Positions 11,924 through 23,434 of a DNA stretch of 64,000 nucleotides are shown here, piece by piece. The DNA lies in contig JAVKOQ020000048.1 in assembly GCA_031835245.2 (NCBI GenBank), positions 1 to 64,000 on the forward strand. Direction: 5' to 3'. Position numbers and translations under genes: made by a program. The stretch is from Balamuthia mandrillaris. Its lineage: Eukaryota. The stretch's first letter is position 1. Every line of letters begins with the position of its first letter. A model generated the notes under the pieces. The model saw only the letters and a program-made list of their open reading frames with translations, made no database searches and was not told the origin of the DNA.

Positions 11924-13316
11924 TGGTTGGGCACAGCGATCAACCTTTTCATGATGGTGGTGCTCAATGCTCAACTTAAAAGCTCGTTCGTGGTGGCAGG
12001 CTTTCATGTCTGCTGTTGGGGCTTTCCTTTGATCGTTGTTATTATTTCTTTGAGCGCTGAAAAGCTTGGTTTTAGCGGTTCTGATCTTTGGTATGTTGGT
12101 CCTTTGTATCTATGTATTGTTGGTGCTTTCGTTCTAACTTGCCGCCTGTTCTTTGCGAAACAACATTATACAAGGTGTACCGTACATTCAGATTCGAGCG
12201 TCACCTTCTTGCCAAGTTTCGAGGGTGTAACTCATACTGGCGGTGACCCGAACTTTTGGAACCTGTTTCTTATCACAACGCCCATTCTGTTGTGTGTGCT
12301 TGTTGGCGTCATTCTTCTCATCCTCGTTTTCATCATCGGTTACACGGTAAGTTTTTTTCTCTGTTTTGTATAGAATGTTGTTGTTGCTCACAAACGTTTA
12401 TTTGTTTTCAGAGATCCAACGAAGGATGGAAGTATTTGAAAAATCAATGGCGTGTTTTGGCCTTTCTTCTTCTCAACGTATGGATCTACGCCTTTGTGTT
12501 CAGCTTCCAAATTCACTTTGAAGTGCAAAGGTTCTATCTCCCACTCTCACTTTTAGAACTTTTACTAATCTCCTCTTTGCAGATCTTCGCAATACGACTC
12601 GTATGACAGTTACATCAACTGCCTCTTCAACAACATCGCCAGGCAGGCTCTCTCCGGTCTCGGCACAGTGGACCAAACCGCCTGCGAGCTGGAGCGCGAG
12701 GTGGTCTACCCCCTCTGGTTCATCGCAGCCTTCAACATTGGAGCGCAGGGCTTCTTTGTCTTTGTAATATTTGGAACTACCCCCGACATCTACTCTGGTT
12801 GGGTGCGTCTTGTCAAAGGACAGAATCCATGGACAGCCACTGGAACCGGTAGCAGCAGCAACAAGAGCACTGGCTTGTTGTCGGAGGGAGTGGTTGTGAT
12901 GAGCAAGAAGATGAGCGACAAGCTGGGATCAACTACTACGGACACGATGACGAACAACAATGGAGGAGGTGATAGTGTGGAAGATGGGGTGGGAATGGTA
13001 GTAATGACGAAAGGAAACACTAATGCGGTTGGTGCCGCAGACGAAGAGTTCTCCTCGGGCTTTTCGTCCGGTTCTGAGGAGGATACTTCGGACTACTGAT
13101 GCCCTTTAGTTGCTCCGCGTATCCCCCTCTTTCGCTGCTGGTATACCTGCGACGATGTAAATTCTATAGTATGAAGAGAACAGAAGAACAATTATTCACA
13201 TGAGCGTTCTTTGCGCCATACAAAAGAATGCTCGGTGAGGTCAGCAGAAACTTTTTGCTGACTTCTGACCCCGGAAGTCTCACCAAAGTTGAAAACTTTT
13301 TTGTCCAACCGGCCGA

Positions 13317-13369
<53 letters not shown>

Positions 13370-13618
13370 GTTTCTTTCGTTTCTTGTCGACAAGAAGGAA
13401 AAGCCCCAGACCAACTTTTCTCAACAGCGAAAGGGGGAAAGGAAGGATGGAGTTGATCAGCAACCGGCAGCAAAGGCGAGAGAAAAGCGAAAGGTTAACA
13501 ACAACTCGCCCAACGCTCGTAGACAGCAAGAACCTCAATCGCAAGCACCAACAGTACTGCTGTCTCCGGACTCATCACTGACGCCACCCTAATCTCTATC
13601 GACCTACCACCACCTTTA

Positions 13619-14665
13619 GTGCTCGAATCCTCACCATCATCTCCATCATCTCAGGAAGGACAGTGGCTCGACATCCCGTGGGAAAAGTGGCACTGGAGAG
13701 CTGATGGAGAACGCCGCTGGCGAAAACGGGCACGATGCCACCGGGCATACTACATGTGCGTTGAATTTCAGACTTGTCCTGCACGATCACAAGCTGGGAC
13801 AGAAACTCGAAGAATTACCATTCCACACAACCGTACTCCTCCAGCATTCTTGTCCTTGGATCGAGAACGACGAGACCGAGCACACCAGCTATTAGCTTTG
13901 GGTGTTCGACCACCAACGTATGTTCAACCTTTCTTTCTTCTTTCGTATTCTGTTTCTTTGCTCTTCTCCACTCCTGAGTTGCTTTATGCCTCCACACACC
14001 GCTCCACGCCTCTTTATGCTTATTGCTTTTTTGCAGCTCTCTACCTCTCTAGAGCTCCTTGCACCTCAGTACAGCTTCCTGCACCTCGCTACACCCTCCC
14101 ACACCTCACTACACCTTTCTCTGCCTCACTACACCCCACGCTATACCTCCCTGCGCCTCACACCACACCTCCCCGCGCCTCACGCTACACCTTCCCATGC
14201 CTCGCTACACCTTTCCATACCTCGCTACACCTTTCCACATCTCGCTTCACCTTCCCACGCCTCGCTACACCTTCCCATGCCTCACTAAATCTTCCCACAC
14301 CACACCACAGCTCCCTACGCCTCTCTACAGCTCTTCCAGCATCAGCGTCAGTGCCAGCACCAGTGTCAGCATCAGCACCAGTTTCACCATCAGTGCCAGC
14401 GCCATTGCCAGCAGCAACATTGGCATCAGAATTAGCATCAACATCAACATCAGATTCAACTCTATCATCATCATTATCACCTTCTTGTTCTTCTTCTGTT
14501 CTTCTTCTCCTTCTCCTTCTCCTTCTTGTTCTTCTTCTTCTTGTTCCTCTTCTTCTTCTTCTTCTCCTTCTCCTTCTTCTTCTCCTCCTCCTTCTCCTCA
14601 CGATGTTGATGTTGATGCTGATTCTGATGCCAATGTTGCAGCAAACATACGAGGAGGAATTTTAA
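13619..14665 (+). CDS. ORF or gene fragment with a WRKY/FLYWCH-like (WRKY-GCM1 fold) zinc-finger motif followed by low-complexity sequence
   Basis: WHWRADGERR...RAYYMC-x4-CPAR...PHNR resembles WRKYGQK...RxYYxC-x4/5-CxA...HNH. The 5' end is unresolved. Confidence 0.4.
   Translation: MLESSPSSPSSQEGQWLDIPWEKWHWRADGERRWRKRARCHRAYYMCVEFQTCPARSQAGTETRRITIPHNRTPPAFLSLDRERRDRAHQLLALGVRPPTYVQPFFLLSYSVSLLFSTPELLYASTHRSTPLYAYCFFAALYLSRAPCTSVQLPAPRYTLPHLTTPFSASLHPTLYLPAPHTTPPRASRYTFPCLATPFHTSLHLSTSRFTFPRLATPSHASLNLPTPHHSSLRLSTALPASASVPAPVSASAPVSPSVPAPLPAATLASELASTSTSDSTLSSSLSPSCSSSVLLLLLLLLLVLLLLVPLLLLLLLLLLLLLLLLLTMLMLMLILMPMLQQTYEEEF
14086..14320 (+). repeat. Degenerate ~20-bp minisatellite (CTCGCTACACCTTCCCAYRC)
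   Basis: About 11 head-to-tail copies with no spacers. Confidence 0.85.
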
Positions 14666-15157
14666 TACAGATTAACCTGTCGACAAAAATAACGAATGGT
14701 CGACAAAAATAATGATCACCGATCTATCTGATAAGTTGGTTTTAGGATATGGTGACATCAGCAAGAGTAATTTTTGTTCTCAAAGAAAGGAAAAGGTGTT
14801 CGTTCGCGCAGGAACATGGATGGGTGCGGGGAAGCATCCCCTCCGGTCCGTGTTTTTCCTCCCTTTCCTCCCCTCCTTTCCTCTCCTTTCTGTTTTGTCC
14901 TGGATTCTTTTGTTTTTTCTGATTCTCCAGGGAGTTCGCAGGACCTAACTGAAGCGGACAAAAGTATACCCAACACAAAAGAGGGAAGAAAAGAACCGGT
15001 GTGAAGGCCTTGTGGGGTTTTCCTATTTTATTTTATTTTATTTTTTTGCTCGTCTTCCTTTTATCTGCCCTCCATTTGTTGTTGTCCTTCAGGCAACTTT
15101 TTCTCTGCTGGGTCAAGACATTCGATCTTTTTGTCCCTTCGTTTGCCTCCTCCGAGA

Positions 15158-18100
15158 ATGGCAAGCTGTGAAGGAGGAGCTGTCAACACCGGGGATACCT
15201 CCCTGATGATGATGGCCACCACGTTCGTGATGTTGCAAACGCCCGCAATGGGTATCGCTCAGGCTGGCCTCATTCGGAGGAAGAACAGCTTGTCAATGCT
15301 GATGCAGACGCTGACGGGTCTCTGCATTGGCTCCATCATTTGGTTCATTTTCGGCTTTGCGCTCACTTTTGGAGAGTCAAAAGGAGGAGTTATAGGTTTG
15401 TACACATACGACTCTACTATTGTCGGTGGTTACTTTCTGTTGTCTTGGGTTTTATCCGTCTCACCATCACCACCACCAGGAAACCTGAAGTATGCATTCT
15501 TTGTGGAGGTGCCATGGGATGACTGTATGCCTACCCTGGCGGCCACCATTCCTGGAGTACTGTTTGCGGCCTTTCAGATGATGTTTGCTCTGATGGTGCC
15601 AGTCATTGTAACCGGTTCCTGGGCTGAGAAGATGAACTTCAAGGCTTTTCTTGTGTTCATTATCTTCTGGCCCATTCTCGTTTATTATCCTTTAGCTCAT
15701 TGGGTGTGGAATCCTGAAGGATGGTTGCGTGAGATGGTTACTCTCTCTCTGTCTCTCTCTGTCTCTCTCTGTCTCTCTCTCTCTCTCTGTCTCTCTCTCT
15801 CTCTCTCAATGCGAGGGGCCGCTCGCCGCTTGCATTCTTTTTTGCTTACATTCATTGATACAGGGAGTGCTGGACTTTGCAGGAGGCATCACTATCCACA
15901 CGGCTGCTGGCACGGCTGGGTTCGTGGTTGCTCTTATTCTTCAGAGGCGTGGAGGGTTCCACCTTCGCGGCAAGCGGCGCAAGAGGTTTGGCAATTTCGA
16001 GCTGAAAGGCCCGATGGTTGCTTTGGGATATATTTTCAGACACGATCCTGATGGCAACCGCTTGGGCCATCACAATATCCCACTAGCCGTGATTGGAGGC
16101 GTCCTCATTTGGGGTGGCTGGTGAGCCTTACTTCCTCCTTCATTCATGTTCGTTTCTTATCTTGTTTCTCATTCTGCGTTTCGCCCAAAATAACTTAGGT
16201 ACTCCTTCAACGGGGGCTCAGACTTCAGAGCTAGCGGCAACGCCTCCAAAGCCCTGTTGAATACGCACATCGCGGCCTGCGTGTCCGGTGCTACCTGGGT
16301 GCTGCTCACCGTAATGCAGGATAGAAAGTGGCACTTGACAGAACTGTTGGGAGGAGCCTTTGCGGGTTTGGCTTGTGTCACCCCTGGCTCTGGCTTCATC
16401 GAACCCTATGCAGGCTTTGTGGTTGGCGTCTTCGCAGGTCTTACCTCCTACATCTCAGCTCGTCTCATGAAGCGCGTCTTTGATGTGGACGACGTACTAG
16501 ATGTGGCCGCCCTTCAGGGTGCCCCTGGCATCGTAGGTAGCATTCTCGTGGGCTTCCTCACCAACTGTGACTTTTGCAAGTACGAAGGCATCCTCTACAG
16601 CGGAGATGGAAAGCTGCTGGGCGTGCAGGTGCTGGCCCTGCTAGTGTCCGTCAGCTGGACGGCCTTCTGGACGGCCATCATTATGTTCGGCATGGCCATG
16701 ATCCCTGGCATCGGCATCAACATAACACCCCACCAGGAGATCGAAGGCTTGGACTTGACCCAAGTCGGAGAGCAGGCCTACGATGACAGATTGGCCATCA
16801 AGGAGGACCTCGGCGAGGACGTCCTCGTCACGCGCCTCAACGAAGCGGCCGCCATGGGAGATATCAAGGAGTTCAGGGAGCTTGTCGAGGCCGGTGCCGA
16901 TCCCGAGCGTGGAGACTATGACGGCCGAACGGCGGCCCATCTGGCCGCCTCGGAAGGTCGCCTGGCCTTGCTGGAGTTCATGGCCCGCCGCTACAACGTC
17001 CACCTGAACGTCAAGGACAACTTTGGCAACACCCCGCTGGACGATGCCGTCAACAATAACTTCAAGAACGTGGCCAGGTGGCTGAAAGAAAAGGGCGTGG
17101 AGTGCAACCAAAAGGTCTTGGGCACTCGGCTGCTCTACGCTGCAGCCCAGGGCAACCTCTCGGAGATCCACCTGCTGCACTCTGCCGGTGTGGACGTGGA
17201 CGCCACCGACTACGATGGTCGTACCGCCCTGATGTTGGCCTCAGCGGAAGGCCATCTCCCGGTGGTCAAGTACCTGGTGGCCAAGTGCAAGGCCGACTTC
17301 ACGCTGGTGGATCGCTGGCGTAACAACGCCTTCCAGGCGGCAGTAAACGGCGGCCACGCCACGGTGGCTCAGTATCTCAGCCAGGAGACGCACGCCGCCC
17401 TCTCCGCTCGTGCCAACGAGGAGGGTACGGATGCCACTGATCTCTTTGTGGTGCCGGACGCCAAGCTCAACGTCGAGACCCATCAGCTCTGCGCTGCCGC
17501 TGCCATTGGAGACCTGGCCGAGCTCAAGCGTTTGTGCAAGAAGCACGCCAATCCTTCCCTGGGAGACTACGATGGACGCACGCCGTTGCACGTGGCCGCT
17601 GCTGGAGGGCACATCGCCGTCGTGAAGTACCTCGTCGAGGCGGCCAAGGTCAACATCAACGCCCTGGATCGTTGGCACCAGACCGGCCTGACGGAGGCCG
17701 TCAACCATCAACACAAGGAGATCGCAGAATACCTGCGCGCTCGCGGTGCCGTGGCCATCAACGGCCAGGTAGGAGCTGACCTCTGCGCAGCTGCCGCCAA
17801 GGGATCTCTCGAAGAGCTCGAAGCTATCGCCAAGCACCACACCAACATCAACGTCGGCGACTATGACTCCCGAACGGCACTGCACCTGGCCACTTGCAAC
17901 GGCCACACCAAGATCGTCAAGTGGTTGTTGAGGAAGGGCTGCAACCCCTTCGCCAAGGATAGGTTCGGCCACACCCCCAGGGACGATGCCGTGCTCTACA
18001 AACACACGGACATTGAGGAGGTCTTGAGGCAGGCCGAGGCCAGCCTCTTGGAGGGAGGACCCTCTTTTCTCGCAGTGAGCAGCGGCGAGAGCGATGATGG

Positions 18101-18227
18101 AGGAAGCAGCAGTGACGACGAGGAGGGAGGGCAAAAGATGAGGGAGAAGAAAACGGAGAAACAGAAGGAAAGGGATGCGGGGTCTTCAAGCGGCAGCAGT
18201 AGTGATAGCCATGCTTCCTCTGACTGA
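15158..18227 (+). CDS. amt: Amt/Mep ammonium transporter fused to ~12 C-terminal ankyrin repeats
   Basis: Amt motifs GDTSLMM, FQMMFA, YYPLAHWVW, LDFAGGITIH, GWYSFNGGS, AGLACVTPGSG, DDVLD and EIEGLD. Four DYD(G/S)RT ankyrin modules follow in the same exon (ORF 16257-18227). Three introns at ~15396-15479, ~15737-15863 and ~16121-16198. Confidence 0.92.
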
Positions 18228-18393
18228 CCAAAATAAAAACCAAACAGAAAAAAAAAAACACTTGTTTCTGTTCTTTCTTCTTTCGTCTTCGCTTCTGTTT
18301 TTCCTCTTTGCTTCTTTCCTTCTTCTGTTCTCTGCCTCCTATAGTGAACGAAATTTGAAATATTTGACAAAAGAAAGAAGCAAGGAAGCAAAG

Positions 18394-21046
18394 ATGGAGA
18401 AGGCAGAGGCGGAGAAGACCGGAGAAGCAAGCCCCGTGGGAGGAAGCCCACCTGCCGCTTCGAATGGCGGCGAAGCGAGAAGAAAGCCCACCAAAAAGAA
18501 ACCTTCTTCTTCTTCTGCAACAAAGCCGAAAGCGAAGAAGAAGAAAAAGAAGAAGAGTGAATCGGCCTCCTCAGCTTCGGCTCCACCGAGGCAACAGAAA
18601 AAGAAAAGGTCTTCGACGACGGAGCGAAACGCCAAGCTTTGTAGCAATCAAAAGAAAGAGAAAGAAAAAGTGGGCGAAGAGGTAGAAGGAGAAGAGGTGC
18701 CGGAGGAGGAGGTAGAACGAAACTTGGAGAGTCTTCCTTTGGAAGTGCAGCTGCGGATGCTGTCCTTCTTGAAGGTGTATGACGCGCATGCCCTCGCTAG
18801 GACCAGTACCTACTGGAGGCACCTCGTTCTCTCCGAGATAAAGTTTTGGAATGCCCGTTGGCAACGGTAACTCTTTCGCCCTTTTCTCAGCAGCTCTCTC
18901 TCTTCTCTCTCTTCTCTCTCTCTCTCTCTTCTCTCTCTTCTCTCTCTCTTCTCTCCCCCCTCTCTCTCTCTTCAAGGCTAAACGAATGCATTTGAAATAG
19001 AGAAGAGCCACAAGAACAGTCCAGACAACTGTTGTTCCGGTTGTGGCGAGATGATGAGCTGCTGTGGAAAGGGAGAGCGGAGGATCACATCTTGCACGTC
19101 TTCAACACGTTCTATCAGGAACGAGTGGCCTTTTTGCAAGTTCACTTTGCCTTCATCTGTGAACAGCTCATCAAAGAAGTCACTCTCAAGTTGGCTCTTC
19201 ATTTGAAAGAAGCAAAGCGAAACCGGAAAACGGAGAAGAAGAAGAAGAAGGAGACGAAGAAGATTGCGGAGAAGAACGAGGAAGAGGGAGAAGAGGAAGA
19301 AAGAAAGTGCAAGACGACAAACAAAAGAAACGATGCACAACCAGATGAAGCAACAGAAAAGAGTATAAAGCATAAGAAAGACAAGGCGGAAACAAAGCGA
19401 GAGAAAAAGAGAAAGTCAAAGAAGGATAAAGGAAAGCAGAGGAGACAAACAGAAGAGGAAGCAGCTAAGACTAGCGAAGCGGAGAATAACATAGCGAATA
19501 GCAATGCATCAAAAACGCAACAAAACCAAACCGAGAAAAAGGCGAAGCAGAAGAAGACAACGGTAAAAGCAATGGAGAAAGAGAAAGAGCAACAACAGAA
19601 GAAAGAAAAGAAGAAGCAGCCGAAGCAGAAGAAGGAAACTTGGCTCAACCGTGCACAAGATGATAATGATGGCGACGGCGAATGTTCTGCTCTGAGTTCT
19701 GCTCGCGCCACTGTTCTTCCTCAAATCATCGCCATGCTGCTTCGAACCATATTTATTCTAGAGCGTCCAGGTTTTTACTCCTTTCATTCCTTGTCTGTCT
19801 TGTATCTTGTGTTCGTCAACTTGCGTTCTCTCTTTTTCTCTTCTGATTCTCTCTCTCTGTCCAACGTTTCATTTTCTCAACTGTGCTCCTTCATTCCCTC
19901 CTTTAACAAATAACAAGATGAGGGTGTGGCATTGTTGATAAAACGACGTTGTGTAAAGCTTGTGTTAACTGCAATGGAATGCTTCCCACAACATAATCGC
20001 GTGCAGCAATGGGGCTGTGCTGCTTTACACAACCTTTGCGTCATCGGTACAGTTTTTACTATCATCTTTTACTTCTTGTTCTTCTTCTCTTCCTCTCCTT
20101 CATGTATATATTCTAACCGCATTACCTGTTGAGTTGTTTTCTTCTTCTTTATTAATATAGACGCTGCGGAGAAGAAAGTAATGAAGAAGAAGGGACTGGA
20201 CTTGGTGTTGACCGCTTTAGACAGATTCCCAGATGATGTTGATGTTCAGGATTGGGGATGCGGCCTTGTTTCCGTGATAGCCTACAACCGTGCGTTGATC
20301 TCTTTCCTGTTATCCTCCCTGTGACTTGTTTTTTTTTTTTTTGTTCCCGCTTAGCCTTTCTTCTTCTTCTGCAAACAGATACGAAACAAGTGTTGAAGAA
20401 AGGAGCATTGGCTCGCATAGTATCAGCAATGCACAACTTTCCAGATCAGAGCGCCATCCAATTCTTTGCCTGTGTTGCCCTCACCAACTTTACAACGACG
20501 GAGGAGCGCCAACAAAAAATCCAAAAGGAGCTGGATGAAGTTCTGCCACTCTTGTTCTCTGCTCTGTTTCAGTTTTGCGCTGATGATGAGTTCTGGGAGC
20601 AAGCCAACATCGTGCTTAACAACCTCTGTGTTTCAGGTACTTTATTCCTTCTCAACTTGTTTCTTTATTTCTTTCTTGCCATCTTCCTTTCCTTCCTTCT
20701 TTTCTGTTATTCAACGATACTCTACTCTTGCTTTCTTTTCCCTGTGAATGCTGAGAGCATGGTTTGACCTTCATTGCGATTCACAGGGTCACAATGGCGG
20801 TCTACAATAGTAAACTGGAGAGTGAAACACTTTCCAGAGCTTCGCAAAGAGCGTAAACGACAGCGTGCCCTGAAGCGCCGCCAAAAGGCAGATGCAGCCG
20901 CTAAGTCCGGCTACACCTCTGTTTCTATCTTGGGGATAGGTTCGGAGAGCTCCGGTTCTTCTGCCTCCTCCTCCTCCTCCCACATTGACGATGACGAGCC
21001 ATCCAGCAGTGAAGCCAGCAACAGTGATGGTAGTCTCTATCCATAA
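18394..21046 (+). CDS. F-box protein with ARM-like repeats
   Basis: F-box LESLPLEVQLRMLSFL...LARTSTYWRHL; ARM-like units AMECFPQHNRVQQWGCAALHNL and AMHNFPDQSAIQFFACVALTNF; multi-exon with Lys/Glu-rich insertions. Confidence 0.75.
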
Positions 21047-21266
21047 TATAAAATGCTCTTATAACTTGCTCTTAAAACCAGTCCTCGAGCGAGAGAGAGA
21101 GAGAGAGAGAGAGATAAGAGAAGAGAAGAGAAGAGAAGAGAAGAGAAAGAGAAGAAAGAGTCAAGCGGTGCATCCAAGAAGATGATGTGGTGGTGATAGG
21201 CACTCGGAGAGAGAGAGAGAGAGAGAGAAGGTTCAGTTGAAAGGTTATTGTTATTGTTCTGTAAAT

Positions 21267-21592
<326 letters not shown>

Positions 21593-21922
21593 AAAACCAG
21601 AGAGGGAAAAAAAAAAAAAAGAGCTTTTCGTGAACCCTTTTCCTTTGGAACGAAAGAAAACCCTTTTGTTTTTCAGTGACTACTGTTATAAATTCAAAAC
21701 TCCAATCAAAAATCAGAAATCCGTTTATGTCGACGCAAAATGATCGTGCTCCACCCCTGCTACAATCTTGCACAATTCCAGGCAACCAAAAAAAAAAAAA
21801 CAACGTATTGGCAGAGTTACTCTGCCGCAGCTCACCACCGACAGCCGACAGCCGACAACAACGAGGAAGAAAAGAGAAGGCGCCTTCTCTTTTCTCGCTC
21901 TTTTCTCGCCTTCTCTTTGGTC

Positions 21923-22818
21923 ATGTCCCAGCAACAACTCCTCTCCGGGTTTAACCCCAACCGCCCCAAATACGACCAAAGCCACTTTCTCGGGCGGCTG
22001 CGCCACTTTATGGACATCACCGACCCGACCACGCTCCTCACCCCCGAGGCCCGCCTGCAGGAGTCCCTCCGCCTGCTGCAGGCCTACCAGGCGGGGACGT
22101 TGCCGCTCCCGCCCAACCCCTCGCCCGCCGAGCTTAAGGCCATGGAGGAGCGGCTGTGGCGGGCCAAAAAGCTGAAGGACGCCATCCTGCACCCTGACAC
22201 CGGAGAGAAGATCCCGATGCCCTTTCGCATGTCCGGCTTCGTTCCTTTTGGTTCTATCACTGTCATTGGTAACCGCTTCTTTTATTTTTTCTTTCTTCCT
22301 CTTTCTTTCTTCCTTTTTTTTTTAACTTTTTTTTTTGGGGGTTTCCAAGGCATGTTGCTGCCCAACCCAACGGTGCCGAGCATCATCTTTTGGCAATGGC
22401 TCAACCAAACGCACAACGCCGCGGTCAACTACTGCAACCGCAATGCCAGCTCGCCCACCCCCACCCGCACGCTGGTGGAGTCCTACCTCGGCGCCTCCGG
22501 AACGGCCGTCGGCGTGGCGCTCGCGCTGGACCGCTTGGTGGCGCGGGCGAGCTCCTTTTCCAACGCCACCCGCTTCCTCATCCAGCGCTTTGTGCCCTTC
22601 CCGGCGGTGGCCTCTGCCAACGTGGCCAACGTGGTGTTGATGAGACGGCAGGAGCTCGAGGCCGGCATTCATGTCAAAGACAAGGATGGCAATGTGCTGG
22701 GCACCTCGCAGGCGGCCGCTAAGAAAGCCATCTTTGAGACGGCCCTCACCAGGATCGCCCTTCCTTTTCCTCTTCTCGGTAAGCATGCTTCTCACTTGTT
22801 TTCTCGCTTTTTGGTCTT

Positions 22819-22852
<34 letters not shown>

Positions 22853-22879
22853 GTCTTGCTCTCTCCTTGCTCTCTCCTT

Positions 22880-22916
<37 letters not shown>

Positions 22917-23225
22917 TGCGTTGCTGGTTTCTCTCTTGGCTGCAGACTGACAACCAAAACAAAAACAGTGTTTCCTCCCATGATAATGGCACGCCTCGAA
23001 AAGACGAGCCTTCTTCGCAAGTTCCCACGGCTGCATCTGCCGGTGCAGGCCTCCGTTTGCATCGCGGCCTTTGGTATTGCGCTGCCGATCGCCATCAGCC
23101 TCTTTCCTCAAGATGGCAGCATGCCTCTCTCTGAGTTGGAAGCGCCGTTGGCGGAACGCATTCTTCGGGAAAAGAAAGGCGCGGTGGAGAGTGATTCTGT
23201 TGTGTACTATAACAAAGGTTTGTAA
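21923..23225 (+). CDS. SFXN: Sideroflexin family mitochondrial carrier
   Basis: PKYDQSHFLGRLRHF, HPDTGEKIPMPFRMS, FWQWLNQTHNAAVNYCNRNA, FVPFPAVASAN and C-terminal YYNKGL; two introns. Confidence 0.95.
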
Positions 23226-23434
23226 ACAATGTTTGTTGAAGAGAAGAAGAGAAAGGCACAGGGTGTTGAAAAGTAGAAAGCGTCAATCCCGCTATACATT
23301 AACTCTGAATCATTCTACAAGTTACATTGGTTGTTTCTTTTGTTTTCCTCTTTCTCTTTCTTCGTTCTTTGTGTTGGTTGATGGACCGGTGTGTGGATGA
23401 GAGATGTTTCTCATCTCTTCTTAAGAGAGAGAAA

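Larger units (their letters stand above)
1957..13099 (+). pseudogene. Frizzled/Smoothened-like (Fsl-type) 7TM receptor with cysteine-rich domain, interrupted by a transposon at 3713-11923
   Basis: Signal peptide from ATG 1957; Cys-rich ectodomain (CPLWYR|PC, CEELCESHLSNC); TM exons at ~2988-3332 and ~3670-3712. The gene resumes in frame at 11924 (GVLW|WLGTAINL) and ends at stop 13099. The paralogue at 57853-60769 has the same WW motif. Confidence 0.85.

Noticed and set aside
13199..13299. SECIS element or hammerhead ribozyme
   Set aside because: No tandem G-A quartet geometry and no CUGANGA/GAAA core on either strand.
14086..14320. Regular 20-bp repeats resembling a CRISPR array
   Set aside because: Units are contiguous and degenerate with no unique spacers; there are no cas genes and the context is eukaryotic.
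13100..15000. Mutator-type TIRs or TSD around the WRKY-like ORF
   Set aside because: No long inverted repeats or 8-10 bp duplication found by eye.
16641..18134. Long antisense ORFs over GC-rich genes (also at 6280-7006, 47211-48154 and 61862-62446)
   Set aside because: Expected shadows of codon bias on the coding strand; no recognisable motifs.
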